Positions 60,983-64,000 of a DNA stretch of 64,000 bases are shown piece after piece (positions within the stretch are counted from its first letter, which is position 1; every line of letters starts with the position of its first letter). The stretch comes from Terrimicrobiaceae bacterium (GTDB lineage: Bacteria; Verrucomicrobiota; Verrucomicrobiia; Chthoniobacterales; Terrimicrobiaceae). Below the pieces are notes generated by a model. The model did not search any database and was not told where the DNA came from. It saw only the letters and a program-made list of their open reading frames with translations. Both the position numbers and the translations under genes were made by a program. Where the stretch lies: assembly GCA_044342325.1 (NCBI GenBank), contig JBIIPZ010000015.1, forward strand, positions 1-64,000, in the 5' to 3' direction.

Positions 60983-62046
60983 TGACAGGAAAAAAAGTCC
61001 GTGTGCTTGTAGTGGATGACTCGGCTCTGGCGAGACGCGCGATTATGAACGCACTCGCCAGCGACCCGGAAATCGAAGTCGTCGGTGGCGCAGAAGATCC
61101 TTATGTGGCGCGTGAGAAAATTCTGGCCCTTGAGCCCGATGTCATCACGCTGGACCTTGAAATGCCACGCATGGATGGGCTGACATTTCTAAAAATCCTC
61201 CAAGAACACCACCCGATCCCCGTCGTCGTGATCAGCTCCCTCACCCAAGCAGGGTCTGCCAAAGCCATGGAAGCCATGAACGCCGGGGCGATTGATGTGA
61301 TCGGCAAGCCGCGTGGCGACAGCAATATGGCGCACATCTCAAACTCGCTGGCATTCCATGTCAAAGGAGCCGCACGCTCCCGTCGCCGTGGGGCGGCAGA
61401 AAAGGCGGAGCGCAGGGTCGTTGCAGCGCCCAGCCCAACCACAATCGGGACTTTCTCGCCTCGCAGAGTCATTGTCATCGGAGCCTCTACCGGAGGCGTC
61501 GAAGCTCTGCGCTACCTCCTGCCACGACTCCCTAATGGATTGCCCCCCATCGTGGTCGTGCAACACATCCCCGCCAATTTTTCTCGAATCATGGCCCATC
61601 ATCTCGATGAGCTATGCCCCTTCTCGGTGCGTGAAGCCATAGACGGCGAGGAACTCAAGCCCGGCAACTGCCTCGTCGCTCCTGGGGATTTTCATTTGAG
61701 CCTCGTGCCCTTTGGCATGGGCTATAGGGTGCGTCTTGGCCAATCTCCACCAGTCCACCATTGTCGCCCAGCGGTGGATATTCTTTTCCGATCCGCAGCA
61801 ACCCACGCCGGCTCACACGCGGTGGCTACACTCCTCACTGGAATGGGAGTCGATGGCGCAATGGGACTGAAGGAACTTCAGGCGGCCGGCGCGGAAACCA
61901 TGGCTGAATCCGAGGAAAGTTGCGTCGTGTTTGGGATGCCGCAGGCGGCCATCCGCTTGGGCGCCGCAAATCAGGTGCTCCCACTCGCGAAGATGCCACA
62001 GGCCATCCTCTCGGCGATAACTGCTAAGACCGCAAAAAAAATATGA
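60979..62046 (+). CDS. cheB: Chemotaxis methylesterase CheB (receiver plus esterase)
   Basis: VVDDS, LDLEMP, GASTGG, VQHIP, RPAVD, LTGMGVDG, FGMP. Confidence 0.97.
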   Translation: MMTGKKVRVLVVDDSALARRAIMNALASDPEIEVVGGAEDPYVAREKILALEPDVITLDLEMPRMDGLTFLKILQEHHPIPVVVISSLTQAGSAKAMEAMNAGAIDVIGKPRGDSNMAHISNSLAFHVKGAARSRRRGAAEKAERRVVAAPSPTTIGTFSPRRVIVIGASTGGVEALRYLLPRLPNGLPPIVVVQHIPANFSRIMAHHLDELCPFSVREAIDGEELKPGNCLVAPGDFHLSLVPFGMGYRVRLGQSPPVHHCRPAVDILFRSAATHAGSHAVATLLTGMGVDGAMGLKELQAAGAETMAESEESCVVFGMPQAAIRLGAANQVLPLAKMPQAILSAITAKTAKKI

Positions 62047-62519
62047 CGCCTTCCACCCAACTCACCGTCCCTCTCGCGGACACGGCAGAGCGCGCACTGA
62101 AGGAGATTTTTTCCAAGCAACTCAAGCTCTCCCTCGTGCCAGTCGAGTCTTCAGATGAGACTCTTGATTTCAAAACATTTCACACCTCTGTATCGATCAC
62201 CGGAGAGCGAGTGAAAGCCTCTGTGCTCCTGCAGATTTCAGAAACCTTCGCCGCTAAAGCCACCAAAATTCTCATCGGCTGCGAAGGTCAGGGAGAGGAA
62301 ATCGAGGATGCCACTGGCGAGCTTTGCAATATGATTTCCGGGCGAATCAAAAGCGAACTCACCACAGCGGGATTTCCCGGTGTTCTTGGCACCCCAACCA
62401 TCACCTTCGGCTCTCGAATTGATCTTCGAGAGACAACAGGCTCGGAATTATGCAGCACGGAGTGGATCTGCGGGATAGACCGGATCAATCTTCAAATTCT
62501 TATCCATACACAACCATGA
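62043..62519 (+). CDS. cheX: CheX-like phosphatase
   Basis: DATGELCNMISG (ExxN motif), LGTPTI. Confidence 0.8.
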   Translation: MTPSTQLTVPLADTAERALKEIFSKQLKLSLVPVESSDETLDFKTFHTSVSITGERVKASVLLQISETFAAKATKILIGCEGQGEEIEDATGELCNMISGRIKSELTTAGFPGVLGTPTITFGSRIDLRETTGSELCSTEWICGIDRINLQILIHTQP

Positions 62520-62923
62520 GCCTGCCAAAAATACTGAGTGTCGACGATAGCCGCACCATGCGCATGATGGTCAAACGCGTATTCCGTCCTTTTCAGTGCG
62601 AACTCTTCGAAGCCGCCGACGGCATGGAAGGCTTGGAAGCAGCCATAACCCATCAACCCGATCTCATCGTGCTGGACTACAATATGCCAGTCATGGACGG
62701 CGTTACGATGCTTCGCAAGATGCGTGAACACGATAACATCAAACGCACTCCAGTGATCATGCTCACTGCGGAAGACAGCAACGAGATTATTTCCACCGTA
62801 GCGCGACTGGGCGTCCGAGACTACATCATCAAACCGTTTGAAGACGAAAATCTCCTTTCTAAAGTATCCCGAATTATTAACCTAGAACGCAAACCAGAAC
62901 CTGACCAGACCGAGGCAGTGTAA
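62516..62923 (+). CDS. Single-domain response regulator (CheY-like)
   Basis: SVDDS, LDYNMP, MLTAE, YIIKPF; ATG at 62516 overlaps the cheX stop. Confidence 0.92.
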   Translation: MSLPKILSVDDSRTMRMMVKRVFRPFQCELFEAADGMEGLEAAITHQPDLIVLDYNMPVMDGVTMLRKMREHDNIKRTPVIMLTAEDSNEIISTVARLGVRDYIIKPFEDENLLSKVSRIINLERKPEPDQTEAV

Positions 62924-62930
62924 CGATCCT

Positions 62931-64000
62931 ATGAGCAACCAAGTTTCCACAGAAGCCGATTCCTTAGCTGAAATCAAACCAGAGGAAGTCGCCGATTCCT
63001 TAAAAAAGTCGGAAGTCCTAGTAGTCGATGACAGTCGCTTAATGCGAATGGTTCTCACAAAAGCACTTCAAGATTTGGGCTTTACCAATATCGAGACAGC
63101 AGTGGACGGCCGTGATGCCATCAAAAAGCTCTTGGAAAAACCTTACGACCTCATGCTGTTGGATATGGAAATGCCTGAGATGAATGGGCTTGAGGTGCTG
63201 ACGAACATGAATTTCGACAGCCGCATCAAGGGCACTCCGACGATTGTCATTTCGGGAAATGAGCAGATTGACCTCGCCGTGCAGTGCATCGAAGCAGGCG
63301 CCGAGGATTATCTCATCAAGCCTCCAAACCCCACCCTCCTCCGCGCACGCGTCACGACATCCCTCGAAAAGAAACGCCTCCGCAATCTCGACAAGCTTCG
63401 CTTTGCCCAACTCCAAGCGGAAAAGGAGCTCGTGGAATTTGAAAAAGAAAAATCGGAGCGCCTTCTGCTGAACATCCTCCCCGGAGCCATCGCAGGCCGC
63501 TTGAAAGGCGGCGAGAAAACCATAGCCAACGGCCACCATATCGTCTCTGTGATGTTCGCCGACCTGTGCGGCTTTACCGCGCTCTCACGCAAGACAACCC
63601 CCGATGATCTTGTGAGGATGCTTAATGAAATCTTTACAGCTTTTGACAACATCGTGGAAAACCACCGCGTCGAAAAAATCAAGACCATCGGCGATTGCTA
63701 CATGCTTGTCGGCGGCCTCCCCAACCACCGCGATGACCACGCCCATGCGGTGGCGGACACCGCCATCGAGATGGTCGGAGCACTCCAGCGCATCAACGAG
63801 AAAAACGGCACCGAGCTTGCCATGCGTGTCGGCATTCACTCCGGGCCGGTCGTGGCGGGCGTCATCGGGAAGATCAAATTCACCTACGACCTCTGGGGTG
63901 ATACCGTGAATGTGGCAAGCCGCATGGAATCCTCGGGCATGCCCGGACGAATCCACCTCTCCGAACAAACCCGATCCACACTGGACTCGCATTTCCTCCT
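62931..64000 (+). CDS. Receiver-domain class III adenylate cyclase (partial, runs off the window)
   Basis: Not in the ORF track. Manual translation from ATG 62931: VLVVDDS...LDMEMP...YLIKP, SERLLLNILP, FADLCGFT, KIKTIGDCYM, RVGIHSG, TYDLWGDTVNVASRMES. Confidence 0.93.
   Translation, partial: MSNQVSTEADSLAEIKPEEVADSLKKSEVLVVDDSRLMRMVLTKALQDLGFTNIETAVDGRDAIKKLLEKPYDLMLLDMEMPEMNGLEVLTNMNFDSRIKGTPTIVISGNEQIDLAVQCIEAGAEDYLIKPPNPTLLRARVTTSLEKKRLRNLDKLRFAQLQAEKELVEFEKEKSERLLLNILPGAIAGRLKGGEKTIANGHHIVSVMFADLCGFTALSRKTTPDDLVRMLNEIFTAFDNIVENHRVEKIKTIGDCYMLVGGLPNHRDDHAHAVADTAIEMVGALQRINEKNGTELAMRVGIHSGPVVAGVIGKIKFTYDLWGDTVNVASRMESSGMPGRIHLSEQTRSTLDSHFL

Overview
GC-rich bacterial chromosome segment, most likely from a Verrucomicrobiota (Chthoniobacterales/Spartobacteria-like) organism. 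That assignment is inferred from a Verru_Chthon-cassette-D-like prepilin and the general gene content. The window is mostly housekeeping genes: ogg, xth, phoB/phoR-like, SNF2 helicase, adk-like, dprA, photolyase, aspS, hisS, rfbA, nrdR, rimO, rodZ-like, ftsK, mrp, tgt and fbaB. RNA elements are an SRP RNA, a CAU-anticodon tRNA (Ile2-like) and a SAM-I riboswitch. The left edge carries the end of an ISAzo13-like element. There is also an AbiEii-type toxin-antitoxin pair, and the right edge holds a chemosensory operon ending in a receiver-adenylate cyclase. The most notable unexplained structure is a set of short phased-repeat arrays with 7-nt and 9-nt periods. One set flanks a four-helix-bundle gene as a 20-bp direct repeat plus a phased palindrome. 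Others supply the stop codons of hisS and a thrC-like gene, and one sits in a prepilin leader, where losing a single 7-mer would restore the reading frame. Other leads: a tail-to-tail pilin pair with low-GC variable halves, a SAM-regulated ThrC-like enzyme plus ubiquitin-like sulfur carrier, a Cys-to-Ser ketosynthase and a candidate ECF-sigma-driven sRNA. All family assignments come from motif recognition by eye; no database search was run.
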